NCBI GenBank assembly: GCA_036785375.1
Contig: JAWMAR010001106.1
Span: 124,001-188,000 of the forward strand
Length of the DNA stretch: 64,000 bases
Origin: Leucoraja ocellata
Lineage: Eukaryota
Reading direction: 5' to 3'
Shown here: in pieces, positions 25,487-37,970 of the stretch
Numbering within the stretch: position 1 is the first letter of the stretch
Layout of the letters: each line of letters opens with the position of its first letter
The notes under the pieces: generated by a model
Seen by the model: the letters and a program-made list of their open reading frames with translations, nothing else
Database searches by the model: none
What the model was told of the DNA's origin: nothing
Program-made: the position numbers and the translations under genes

Positions 25487-26008
25487 ATTCAGATTCAGAT
25501 TCACATTTATTGTCACATGCACCAATTGAGGTACAGGGGTATTTGAGTTACCATGCGACCATACAATTAAAAGAACTCAACACAATTGAAAAGAACGATA
25601 TAACTTAACATAAATACCCACCGCAGTGATCACAGTGATGGAAGGTAATACATTTCAGTCAGTCTTCCTCCTTTTGTTCACCCGTGTTTGGGGTCTTGCA
25701 GTTCGCAGGTTCCCGTGGTTGGAGCGCACGAAGACAGTCTCCTGCAAAGGCCACCAACTCCTTGATGTTAGGCCGCAGTGCGGACTGAGATACGATAGCG
25801 AACAAAATCGCATCTCCGTCGAGGTAATGCATTCGAAAAGGTTTTTCCCAACTCCACGCCCCCCTCCCCCCCCCCCCCCCCCCCCTTCCTCGCATATAAA
25901 ACAAGCTAAAGAACAATAAAAACATACATTTGACACATCCAAAAAAACAACAAAAAGGAAGGGGCAAACAGACTTTGCGAGGCAGCCATTACTGTCGCCA
26001 GCCGTTGG
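25487..26008 (-). mobile_element. Non-autonomous retroelement with (TGAATC)n tail, upstream of each GPCR (also 9385-9866, 36172-36677, 45110-45615, 60472-60970, 1-300; truncated at 54301-54353)
   Basis: Microsatellite tail of the same type as the Rex LINE, and a LINE-5'UTR-like head (GGCGACAGTAATGGCTGCCTCGC); no coding capacity. Confidence 0.55.
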
Positions 26009-26197
26009 AAAGATGTTGCTGAAATGTTCCTGGCATATTATGTGCAGTATACAGTATTATGTCGCCATATCGTGAGTAAAATGAATCCAACAAATCGTTA
26101 GGAATGTTTTTTGTCGCGTATTGTCCAGGATCGATTAATTACCTTTGTGGTGTCTCCCCTTCGAGTATCGAACATTTAATGTTTATCCTCAGTCTGA

Positions 26198-27265
26198 CAT
26201 TCTTCCTACCACTGACTCCCATGGCTATCTGGACTACACTTCTTCCCACCCTGCTTCCTGTAAGGACCCAATTTGCTCCGTCTACGGCATCTGCTCCCAG
26301 GATGAGAGGTTCCACACCAAGGCATCTGAAATGTCCTAATTCTTCAGGGAACCGGTGTTCCCCTCCCCCACCATAGACGAGGCTAGTACCAGGGTCTCTT
26401 GGGTCTCTTCGATACCTCGTAACTGTGCTCTCCCCCCCCCCCCTCGTAACAAGGCCAGGGTCCCTCTAGTCCTCACCTGTCGCCCCACTAGCCGTCACAT
26501 ACAACAAGTAATCCTCCGTCAGTTTCGCCACTTCCATCGTGGCCCCACCACTCGCCACACCTTCCCATCTCCCCCCACCCCCCCTGCCTTACGCAAAGAC
26601 CGCTCCGTCCGTTACTCCCTTGCAATTCTTCCCTCCCCTCCACTTACCACCACCTCCCCCAGCACTTTCCCTTGCAACCGCAAGAGATGCTACACTTGTC
26701 CCTTTACCTCCCCCCTCGACTCCATTCAAGGACCCAAGCAGTCGTTCCAGGTGCGACAGAAAATTACCTGCATCTCCTCCAACCTCATCTATTGCATCCG
26801 CTGCTCGAGATGTCAGCTGATCTACATCGGTGAGACCAAGCGGAGGCTTGCCGATCGTTTCGCCGAACACCGCCGTTCGGTCCGCATTAACGAACCTGAC
26901 CTCCCGGTGGCTCAGTACTTCAACTCCCCCTCCCATTCCGTATCCGACCTCCCTGCCCTGGACCTCCTCCACGGCCAGAGCGAGCACCACCGGAAATTGG
27001 ATGAATAGCACCGCATATTCCGCTTGGGGAGTCTGCATCCTGGTGGCATGAACATTGAATTGTCCCAATTTTGTTAGCCCTTGCTGTCTCCACCCCTTCC
27101 TATCTCTCCCTCAGCCCTCGGGCTCCTCCTCCTCCCTTTTCCTTTCTTCTCCCCGCCCCCCCCTCCCCCCCCCCACCCCCCATCAGTCTGAAGAAGGATT
27201 TCGGCCCGAAACGTTGCTATTTCCTTCGCTCCATAGATGCTGCTGTTTCTCCAGCAGTTTTGTGT
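26198..27265 (+). mobile_element. Penelope-like element 3' portion with GIY-YIG ORF 26355-27008
   Basis: CNRKRCYTCP, NLIYCIRCSRCQLIYIGETKRRLADRFAEH. Confidence 0.88.
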
Positions 27266-27329
27266 ATCTCTTACCATCAACTCGTCTCTATCTTATTCTA
27301 TTTGGGGCTCTGTTTTGTGTATGTTTTCA

Positions 27330-27557
27330 GGTAGTTATTTTGTAGGATCCAATTTCAATGACCCAAGCTTCATTCTACAGGAAAGTGGATACATGCTCCA
27401 GCTCTGGAGTTGTTGCACTAACACGTGCATTTATGCAGGGACCCAGAGGAAATTCAGAGAAGAGCTAAAGAAGGCTGTGATATATCCATTTGACTTAATA
27501 TGTAAGCTCTCGAAGAATTATTGTTGCAACAATTGGGCATCTTTGATACACTTATAG
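27330..27557 (+). pseudogene. Remnant (ECL3-TM7-C tail) of a divergent GPCR paralog in opposite orientation
   Basis: GSYFVGSNFNDPSFILQESGYMLQLWSCCTNTCIYAGTQRKFREELK aligns with RYFSGSNFNDSNFTLEESGFMLQLLSSCINPFIYAGTQQKIKEELM of the array genes. Confidence 0.85.
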
Positions 27558-28983
27558 AACATACAACGTTAACATATACAATATAACACAGTACATCTGT
27601 CACAAAAATTAAGCTAACAATATCATTGCCCTGCAGTGGTTGGTATCCCTCCAACACCCGACTGTTTAATGGTCGGTCTAAATGCCACTTAAATGTCGCT
27701 ACAGCATATGATCTCCAATCTACTTGCTTGGGGAATGGCCTACAAACCTCATGCCCCCCCCCCCCCCCCCCCCCCCCCACCCCCGCAAGTCATCTTAAAC
27801 CTCGGGCTTTGGAATTCATGTTTCCACCCTGGATTAAAATACTATGGCTATTACTTTATGCACGCCCTCATAATTTTGTTAATTTCGAGCAGCTAATCTC
27901 TCATCTTCCGTCGCTCCTGAGAAACAATCCATCCTTTTAGGCGTCAATAGCCAAGAGAGATTAATTGTCATCTGAAATGGGATCGGAACAATCAATGTCT
28001 TACTTTCTGCAGCTTAACTGGCACGTTAACGTATCCACAACACAAATAAGTATTGCAACGAAGAATAATACAATAAATGATTAGTTATCATTTACATTAC
28101 TTACACCTAACATTCTCAATCCGCGCAACATCCTAGCGACCTCTTTAGCATCTATCCCGAAGCCTTCACGTGCGTCCTATAATGTGACAATCTGAACTGT
28201 ACACAATACTCCACATCTGGTCGAATTAAAGTTTTCTTACAGCTGCAACATGACTTCCCAACTTTTATACCTCATCTCACCTCCTTTCTTTCGTCGTGTG
28301 GCTGCGTATCCAATTCTACTTACCTTACAACTTTAATTTATTTCAGTTCTCTCTAACACACTCTATCCTGCTACTAAATGTTTATACAGTAGAGGTATTG
28401 GTAAAATGCGCATCTCAGACATTGGTGATGAGCATGCGTGAAGTGCTTGTGTGGTTGGCAGAACATTTATCTACAAATACGTCAGCTGCAGGAACTCAAG
28501 ATTACTGCACTTTTTCCGCAAGGTCACCGCGACGAAACGTTTAGTCCTGCTGGAGAGAAAATAAAACTATGTATTTACTTTGTAAGTCATGATGTCAGCT
28601 TCCAGATTTTTTTTGCGCTGTACGTTGAAGAACGTAATTTAGGGACAATCATGGATTGTAACGACGGAAATATGGCTGAAGTGATGAGAGTTCTTGCTTC
28701 AGACATCTAGCGAAATTTCTTGGAAAATTTTCATTTCGACAAAGAAAGAAAACAAAGCATGGGAGTTCGGAGAAACCGTGTGGCATGATTAGGAGAAAGG
28801 ATGCAAAAGAAATGGTGAAGGGCGATGCTCTCAAAGTGCAGTAATTATATGTGTGTATATATAAGAAAGTTTAAACCCGAATATAATATATCAATATAAC
28901 TAAAAGCATTTGTCTTGTTTATGTGTGTGTGCCCACGATGTGTCAATCTGTTGTTCCTATCATATTAGATAGATAGATAGATG

Positions 28984-29015
<32 letters not shown>

Positions 29016-29540
29016 TTACTTCATCCCCTTATTCAGGGGAAATTCGGGTGTCCTTGCAGCACACTAATAAAAATATTCCAAACGCTAGTCCACAGCCTTC
29101 CCATTTCCACATACCCTACTCCCATTTTTCCCGTCTTGGCAATACACATCTTCCTGTCGCATTCCCACATATAGTTCCGAAGTTATTAATCCATTAAATT
29201 TTCAAAACAGCTCAAACAAACTCACCATTTCGGAAAAAAAGTGACGCGACAATGAACTCGCAAGGCAGGGCGGGACACTCCGGGAGGGAGGGGCACTCAA
29301 GCGCTCGCGGTGAACGAGGAGGGGTGGCAGCTGCCGGTGCTCGACGCCCGGCAACAGTCGCCCGACGCCCGATTACCTGGTGGGGAGGGTGGTGTCTCGG
29401 GCCGTGCCCGGGGAGGGGGCCTGGGCTGGAGCCGATCCTGGTGCTGGAGCTGGAGTGAGGGCTTCGGATGGGGCCATGACCGGGGCTGACGGCTGGAGTC
29501 TACAGCCAGGGCCAGCCCGAGTACGAGAACCAGGCCGCGT

Positions 29541-31002
29541 TCCTTTCTATTAAAATGTTTTTATTTATTTCCCCCCCCCCCAAAAAAAAGCCAAAATAAA
29601 ACATAAAAAACAGAGCAAATAGAATAATGATAAACATAACAATGGTATTGATACATAGGGATCAGTGTTACATTAATAACAAGCATAACCTAATATGAGA
29701 CCAGTGTCAAAATACACGAAGAATATAGACCTCCCGGTCTCTATGTAAATATAGTTAAATCTTTAAAAGGAAACTTATAAATGTTAAAAAAAACACACAG
29801 ATAAAAAGACAAAGAGAAATAGAAAAAAGGAAAGGAACAAACAAAAAGAAAAACAACCCTAAACTAAAGAAAGAAAAAAAAGAGAAAATTTGGTAATAAT
29901 ATTAAAATACGAATAAAAATAAAATAGATAAAAAACAAAGCAAAGCAAAACCGAATCTGAACTGAAAATGTCAACAATGTAGGTCTGTTTGTCGTCAAGT
30001 CCGTTCCACCCTATAGAGGTAAAATATTTTTTTCTAACGGTTAAAGAGGGAGCAATTTATGTTGTATGAAAATGTTCAATACATTTTCCCCAAGTCTTAT
30101 CTAATTTAACCAAGGGTTCAACAGCGTCACTCCTGATTTTTATCTAAATTTGAACATGATATCGTTTCCGAATACCACTGGAGTGTGGTCGGAGGGTTGG
30201 AGTATTTCCATTAAAATAAAATAGATCTTCTGGTGATTAATTTTGTGAAAGCAATCAACCGATGGGCGGAGCGGGACAAATGAATAGAATCTAACATTGG
30301 TGGTCCAAAATTTGTAGTAACAGGACGAGGTTGTAAATGTATGCCTAAGACTGCAGAAATAGTATCAAACATTTATTTCCAATATTTTTCCAAAGAAGGG
30401 CAGGACCAAAACGTATGGGTCAACAAGGCCACTTCAGAGTTACGTCTGTAACAGGTAGGATTTATGTGACCATAAAAACGAGCTAACTTATGTTTTGACA
30501 TACGAACTCAGTGAACCACCTTGAATTGTATCAGAGCGTGTCTTGCACACATTTAAGAAGTATTAACTAATTGAAGAATGCTCTCCCATTTCTCCATACA
30601 TTAAGAAATTCGGAGTTCTCTTTCCCAGCCATTCTTAATTTTATCAAATGTATCTATTTGTAATTTCAAAACCAACTCATAAATAGTCGTTATTAATCCT
30701 TTCTGATAAGAGTTCAACTGTAAAATTGTTTCCAAAAATTCGGATTGATGTGGTAGCGGAAATAGGGATAGAGTAGCCTTCAAAAACGTCTAATTTGTAA
30801 TTATTTAAAGAAGTGTGAATTAGGTAAGTTATATTCATTGGAGGGTTGTTCGAAGGACATAGAACAACCCTCCAAAACAAATCAGGAAAAGCTACTAATC
30901 CATTCCTCTTCCATAACAAAAATTTGATCAGTACAAGATGGTTGGAAGAGAACATTGGATAAAATAGGACTCGATAAGATAAATTCATTTAGTCCAAAAA
31001 AT
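29541..31002 (-). mobile_element. L1/Tx1-like LINE 3' fragment (shorter copies at 2706-3480 and 47826-48597)
   Basis: Minus strand encodes ...EVALLTHTFWSCPSLEKYW (L1 C-terminal CCHC region), followed by a T-rich 3' UTR and an A-rich end. Confidence 0.7.
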
Positions 31003-33204
31003 GTGTCAGTGGAATTCATTACCACAGACGGCCGTGAAGACCATCAATGACAGATTATTGATTCGTAAGGTTGACAGGGGCTATGGGGCGAAATCGGGAG
31101 AATTGGGTTGAGAGCAAAAATTCTGTGTTGCGGTGAGGCGGAGAGGAATGAATGCCTAAACCACAACAGGGTCTGCACCAATTGGGGAATTGGATCATAG
31201 ATAACAGATGGAGTGGAACTCGTGCGAGCATGAATTTATGCAGTTGAGGAAGTTAACCCAAGGCATGAAGTACAGAATAAATGGCAGGGCCCTGGAGAAT
31301 GTTGTGGAATTTTGACCGGAGATTCCATTATCCGAATGTCCATATTTCTTTTATCTAGCCAATCTCAGCCAATCTAAGGTTCCTTGCATAATAAGATATT
31401 TCATTTCCCACAATAATTAATACATGCTGTAAGATGAAACCAGCTCAGTTTATAAGGCTCTGTTTTCATGTTGTTTAGTTCTATGAGTCCAATAGCAAGT
31501 GCAGCGGATAAAAGTGAAACGATGATGTTGATACATTTGGCTTTTCTGAACACATCTGATAGATTGCAGCATCAAACATGATTATGGAAAATGAATGCTC
31601 GTCGTATACGAGATAACCTACTCGGATTAGCGGAGTTTGGCTACCTGACAAGAAATGGACCAGAGCATAATTTGGTCTATTTTCCGATGGATAAATATAA
31701 GAAGTGATGTGCCAGTGGTATAAGTGCATACGTCTCAATATTATGTAACTTACTCAAATGACTTAAATGAAAGCTGCAAATGAGTGGTTGCTAAATTTTC
31801 CGATTGCCAATGACAGGTGGGAAATTTAGTTACAAAGAGGACCAAAGGCGGCATCGATTGTTAGATTTTAGGATGATAAAATACATTTTGAGTAAATTGT
31901 GAGATATAACCGAACTTTGAGATGCAAAGTAACCTGCCGCCTTTACAAATGGTTCGTTGGGAATTAGTTTGCAAGCAGACAAAACATAGTATTATTGGTT
32001 ATTGTGAGTACATGTAATGCTTTTGTTACATCGAACATTGATAAGAAAAGTTGTGAAATACAGCACTGATCACCTTTTTTAAGAATGCATGTAGACGTGT
32101 TGGAGGTACTTCAGAAAACATTTGCAGGGCATACACACTAAAGTCGAAAACGTAATAATAGACGATGCGGGATAAGACCTTGTATCCGGAGTGAAAGGCC
32201 TTTATTAACGAGTGTTTTATTGTCAGATGCGCCGAAACGGAACAAAGATACTCGTGCTTGCAGCAGCACAAACACAGTACTCAGTAAACATCGTAATAAA
32301 CAATACAATTATGTAAACGAACAATAATAGCGCAAAGCCAACAAAAAAAAAACAATGCCGTCTTTTCATGTACTTCGGAGCTTATTTAGTTTAGTTTAGG
32401 GATACAGCGCGGAAACAGGTCCTTCGCCCAACAGAGTCCGCACCAACCAGCGATCCCCGCGTATTTACACTATCCTACACACAAGAGGAACAATTTACAA
32501 TTTACACAAACACCAAACTAATTAACCTGTATACCTCTACGTTTTCGGAGTGTGGGAAGAAACCGAAGATCTCGGAGAAATCCCATGCGTTCACGGAGAT
32601 AACGTAGAAACTCCGCACATACAGCACCTGTCGCCGCGATTGACATCGGGTCTCCCGCGCTGCGCTTATTTGGCAGCAGTGTTTAATGATCTGATCATAG
32701 AATGAAAGAATCTGCTCCCTAACCTAGACGTTACTGTTTTGAATTTCCTATGCTTTCTTCCACATGGCAGGAATTAAATAAGAGTGTGGCCAGTGTGGAG
32801 TGGGCCTCTGATCATATTGGCTGCATTATCAAGGACCAAGAAAGGAATCGTCAGTACTTCAGTTCGCACTTTCTCGGATTTCAATACAATCTTTACCCCA
32901 TTCTGCTCTTTTATATTTGCTGCATTTATCTGTCATGGCTTGTTATGGTTTAGTCTGTGAGCGGCATTGTCAATAAGCAATTCATTGTAATCTCGCGTGA
33001 CAACAATAATCGAATCTTCCGTAATTTGATTTTCATCTGGTGATGTGTTTTTTTTCTCAATGAGCCGTGGGTCTTTGAAAATATCTTCTTAAAATGATAC
33101 TTAAAGCAAATATTAAATATTATTTTTTGAATATTAAAGGTGGAGGTAGGTGGATGATTAATACACAGTTGATGAATAATTACAGGGAAAAGCGGAAAAA
33201 CGGA

Positions 33205-33730
33205 AGAACATTCTTGCCATAGAGGGTGTACAGAGTAGGTTCACCACACTGATTCCTAGGATATCAGGACTTTCATATGAAGAATGACTGGATAGACTCG
33301 GCTTGTACTCGCTAGAATTTTGAAGATTGAGGGGGGATCTTATAGAAACGTATAATATTCTTAAGAGGTTGGACAGGCTAGATGCAGGATTATTGTTCCC
33401 GATGTTGGGGAAGTCCAGAAAAAAGGAGTCACAGTTTAATGATAAAGGGGAATCTTTTAGGACCGAGATGAGAAAATCATTTTTTACCCAGAGAGTGGCG
33501 AATCGCTGGAATTCTCTGCCACATAATGTAATTGAGGCCAATTCGTTGGCTATATTTAAGAAGGAGTTAGATGAGGCCCTTGTGGCTAAAGGGAGCAGGG
33601 AGTATGGAGAGAAGGCAGGTTCAGGATACCGAGTTGGATGATCAGCCATGATCATATTGAATGGCGGTGCGGGCTCGAACGGCCGAATGGCCTACTCCTG
33701 CACCTATTTGTCTATGTTTCTGTGTTTCTA
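33205..33730 (+). mobile_element. CR1 LINE 3' fragment (same insertion as 6246-6770)
   Basis: RGDLIETYNILKRLDRLDA...NRWNSLP. Confidence 0.88.
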
Positions 33731-34059
33731 TTACAGTTAGATCAACGGTGATACTGCTTGACGGGAGGAAACTTGGTGATTGAATGGCGTTCTCTTGCTC
33801 CGAGTTCATCTGTCTATACATGGTGAACGAGGCATGGGACATACATTTCAGAGTCCGTGTCAATCGCAATTTGTTGGCCAGTTGGTCCTTTGCCTCTAAA
33901 CAATCAAGTGCTCGATTTCCAATGTCTCCATGCCCGTCCATGTCTGTGAATTCACTTTATATGGAAAACCTGAGATTGAGTTAATTCACGATTCGAACTG
34001 GAGACAGTAAGTGAATCAACGGATATAATACATCATAGGATGATTAAATGGAAATCAAG

Positions 34060-34973
34060 TCAGCATAATTTAAATAACATAACAATGCAATTCAGTGGAT
34101 ATTTTACGCCATTCATTAACTCCTCCTTGATTTTTTGCTGCGTTCCTGCATAAATGAATGGATTTATACATGAACTCAAAAGCTGAAGCATAAATCCGCT
34201 TTCTTCCAACGTAAAATTTGAATCATTGAAGTTAGAACCCGAGAAGTATCGAACCTTCGCAATGCGAACATAAAGAAATGTGATGAAGAATAACGCCCAG
34301 GACAGGATGAAACCGCAAGATATTAACAGCAGCAAAACGATGGATTTTCTCCGGTTTTCCATTTCTGGATCACATTGATTATCTCCGTTTCTGTTGGACA
34401 TTAATCTCCTTCTAGTTCTCATTGCAGCTAGAATATGTCTGACGGTGAGTACATTGAAAAGTAGTATCAGAAAGAATGGGAGGCATGGAGTTAAGATGCG
34501 GTGAATCCAATCAAAGGCACCCCATGCAGGCAAGGTAGTGAAAGATAACTTTACTTGGCAGAGCCAGCGGACGCCGTCAGTTATAAATGAAGGCTCGTAT
34601 GTAAAATACCATGGAATGTTTCTGACACAACTCACTGCACAAATTGTTACGATGACAATGACCGCTGTTTTCTCAGTGCAGTACTTTGCTTTCAGCTTCT
34701 GGCAACAAATGGCTATATATCGGTCAAGTGTGAACACCACTGTCACCCAGACTGCACAGTCCCGCATTCCATAAATTAGAACAAGGTGGACGCTGCAGAC
34801 TGGAGTGATAGACATGAAGCTGAATGGGAAATATATACCTACCACTCGGTTAAATATCACAGCCGTGATAATGACTAAGAGATCGGTCACAGCCATAGCC
34901 ACCAGATAGCAAGTGATGCACTTGGAAAGACCGCACCTTCCCCGGGACAGTACCACGATCACTGCCAGGTTAG
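34060..34973 (-). CDS. G3 exon 2: intact GPR139/GPR142-like orphan class A GPCR
   Basis: 914-nt open exon with the same motifs as G2. Distinct TM3 (CSVHLVLIYGMRD) and TM7 (ESGFML). Confidence 0.92.
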
Positions 34974-35690
34974 CTGTAGATGAAAAATAGCAAGTGCTAG
35001 TCAATGAATACATCCCAGGCCTCAAACAACGAGGAACAAAAAATCTAAAATCTCATCAGGTCTGTCCGTGTCAGTAAACCATGAATACCATTAGCCTGAT
35101 GAATCGCACCGACATTATTGCGCCATCTCATCGATCCATTTCCAAAACGGAATTTCTAACAGCAGTTTCAATACACTTAAGGATACAAATAGGAATAGAG
35201 CATGTTGGAAATACTTATCCGACGGGACAGCATTGGTGAAAGGACAAAATATGTAGGAAAGAACTTCAGATGCTGGTTTAAATCGAAGGTAGACGCAAAA
35301 TGCTGGAGCGAATTAGCGGTCCAGGCAGCATCTCAGATCAGCATCAGAGACATGCGTCCTGACTCGCTGAGTTACTCCAGCATTTTGTGTCTACCCATTG
35401 GTGAAAGGCGATGTTTCTGGACTAGGAGTGAGAATGTCAACTCTTTTCCCTTTTTCGACAGAAGCTGATTGAACATGAATATTTCCTTTATTTCCTGTTC
35501 TTCGATTTAATGATACACATCGGTAGTGGAACATTTCTGACGTCGTAATATATTAAATCGGGCGAAGGAACTTCATATAAGCCGGAATAATCATCGTTTC
35601 GCGAGAGGTGCATCACTTTCATTCAGAGAAGACGCTAGATTTACAATCGAACATTATAACCAGAGAAAATCTCTAATAAAAACACTTTAC

Positions 35691-35760
35691 CCGTAACTCC
35701 AATAACTCCCAGGACTGGATAGTAAATGGCAAATAGGAGACCTTCCGGTATTCCATGCAT
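35691..35760 (-). CDS. G3 exon 1 (MHGIPEGLLFAIYYPVLGVIGVT)
   Basis: 70 nt, ATG start, GTAAAG donor; intron 717 nt. Confidence 0.85.
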
Positions 35761-36876
35761 GTTTATCAGAATTGAGAACACATCATGCAAAATGGTTTAA
35801 CCTATAAACTACAAGACAACCTCCGGGGAGTTACTTGGGTGGCTTGCTCTGTTCCAATAATAGCAGAATTGAAGCAATCAGCTTTCAAATGCCTCTCGGG
35901 ATCATTGGGGGAGGGGGGGGGGGGGGGGGGGACACAAGGGCCGGCATGTACAGTAACCTTGAGCAACACACGATGTGATGTGGTAACTCAGCTGGTCAGG
36001 CAACTTCTGAAAAGAGAAACGGACAAATGGCATTTTTGGTCGGGACCTTTCTTCAGACTCAGACGGTTTCTTATGGTGGTAGTCGACACGCTGTATCTGA
36101 ACTGGGGTCACGACCCTGGGCGTCATCTATCCTTGTTCTCCAGCGATGCTGTCTGATACGCTGAGTTACTCAGATTCAGATTCAGATTCACATTTATTGT
36201 CACATGCACCAATTGAGGTACAGGGGTATTTGAGTTACCATGCAACCATACAATTAAAAGAACTCAACACAATTGAAAAGAACGATATCACTTAACATAA
36301 ACATCCACCGCAGTGATCACTGTGATGGGAGGTAATGCAGTTCAGTCAGTCTTCCTCCTTTTGTTCACCCGTGTTTGGGGTCTTGCAGTTCGCAGGTTCC
36401 CGCGGTTGGAGCGCACGAAGACAGTCTCCTGAAAAGGCCACAAACTCCTTGATGTTAGGCCGCAGTGCGGACTGAGATACGATACCGAACAAAATCGCAT
36501 CTCCGTCGAGGTAATGCATTCGAAAAGGTTTTTCCCAACTCCACGCCCCCCATTCCTCGCACATAAAACAAGCTGAAGAACACTAAAAACATACATTTGG
36601 CACATCCAAAAAAAACAACAAAGAAGGAAGGGACAATTAGACTTTGCGAGGCAGCCATTACTGTTGCCAGCCGTTGGAAAGATGTTCCAATGTTCCTGGA
36701 GTATTATGAAATGTTCCTGGAGTATTATGTGCAGTATACAGTATTATGTCGCCATATCGTGAGTAAAATGTATCCAACAAATCGTTTTTTGTCGCGCAGT
36801 GTCCTGGAGCAATTAATCACCTTTGTGGTGTCTCCCCTTCGAGGATCGAATATTTAATGTTTATCCTCAGTCTGAC

Positions 36877-37970
36877 ATTCCTCCTACCACTGACTCCCAT
36901 GGCTATCTGGACTACACTTCTTCCCACCCTGCTTCCTGTAAGGACCCAATTTGCTCCGTCTACCGCATCTGCTCCCAGGATGAGAGGTTGCACACCAGGG
37001 CATCTGAAATGTCCTAATTCTTCGGGGAACCGGGGTTCCCCTCCCCCACCATAGACGAGGCTCGCACCAGGGTCTCTTGGGTCTCTTCGATACCTCCTAA
37101 CAGTGCTCTCCCCCCCCCCCCCCCCCACTCGCAACAAGGACAGGGTCCCTGTAGTTCTCACCTGTCACCCCACTAGCCTTCACATACAACAAGTAATCCT
37201 CCGTCAGTTTCGGCACTTTCAACGTGACCCCACCACTCGCCACATCTTCCCATTTCCCCCTCCCGCCCCCGCTGCCTTCCGCAAAGACCGCTCCCTCCGT
37301 AACTCCCTTGCAATTCTTCCCTTCCCTCCACTTACCACCCCCTCCCCCGGCACTTTCCCTTGCAACCGCAAGAGATGCTACACTTGTCCCTTTACCTCCC
37401 CCCTCGACTCCAATCAAGGGAGCATTCGTTCCAGGTGCGACAGAAAATCACCTGCATGTCCTCCAACTTCATGTATTGCATCCGCTGCTGGAGATGTCAG
37501 CTGCTCTACATCGGTGAGACCAGGCGGAGGCTTGGCGATCGTTTCGCCGAACACCTCCGCTCGGTCCGCATTAACGAACCTGACCTTCCGGTGGCTCAGC
37601 ACTTCAACTCCCCCTCCCATTCCGTATCCGATCTCCCTGTCCTGGGCCTCCTCCACGGCCAGAGCGAGCACCACCGGAAATTGGAGGAATAGCACCGCAT
37701 ATTCCGCTTGGGGAGTCTGCATCCTGGTGGCACGAACATTGAATTCTCCCAATTTTGTTAGCCCTTGCTGTCTCCTCCCCTTCCTATCTCTCTCTCAGCC
37801 CTCGGGCTCCTCCTCCTCCCGTTTCCTTTCTTCTCCCCGCATCCCCCCCCCCCCCGCCCCCCCCCCCCCCCCCATCCCGCATCAGTCTGATGAAGGGTTT
37901 CGGCCCGAAACGTTGCCTATTTGGCGAAACAGCAGCCAGATGCTGCGGTTTCTCCAGCATTTTTGTGTAT
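36877..37970 (+). mobile_element. Penelope-like element 3' portion
   Basis: Paralogous copy of 26198-27265 with a frameshifted GIY-YIG region. Confidence 0.85.
37884..37920 (+). ncRNA. Minimal hammerhead-ribozyme-like motif in the PLE tail (variants at 11428-11465 and 27185-27220)
   Basis: CTGATGA-A-GGG(TTTCGG)CCC-GAAAC-GTT: conserved core boxes around a helix II hairpin. PLEs are known to carry minimal hammerheads. Confidence 0.55.
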
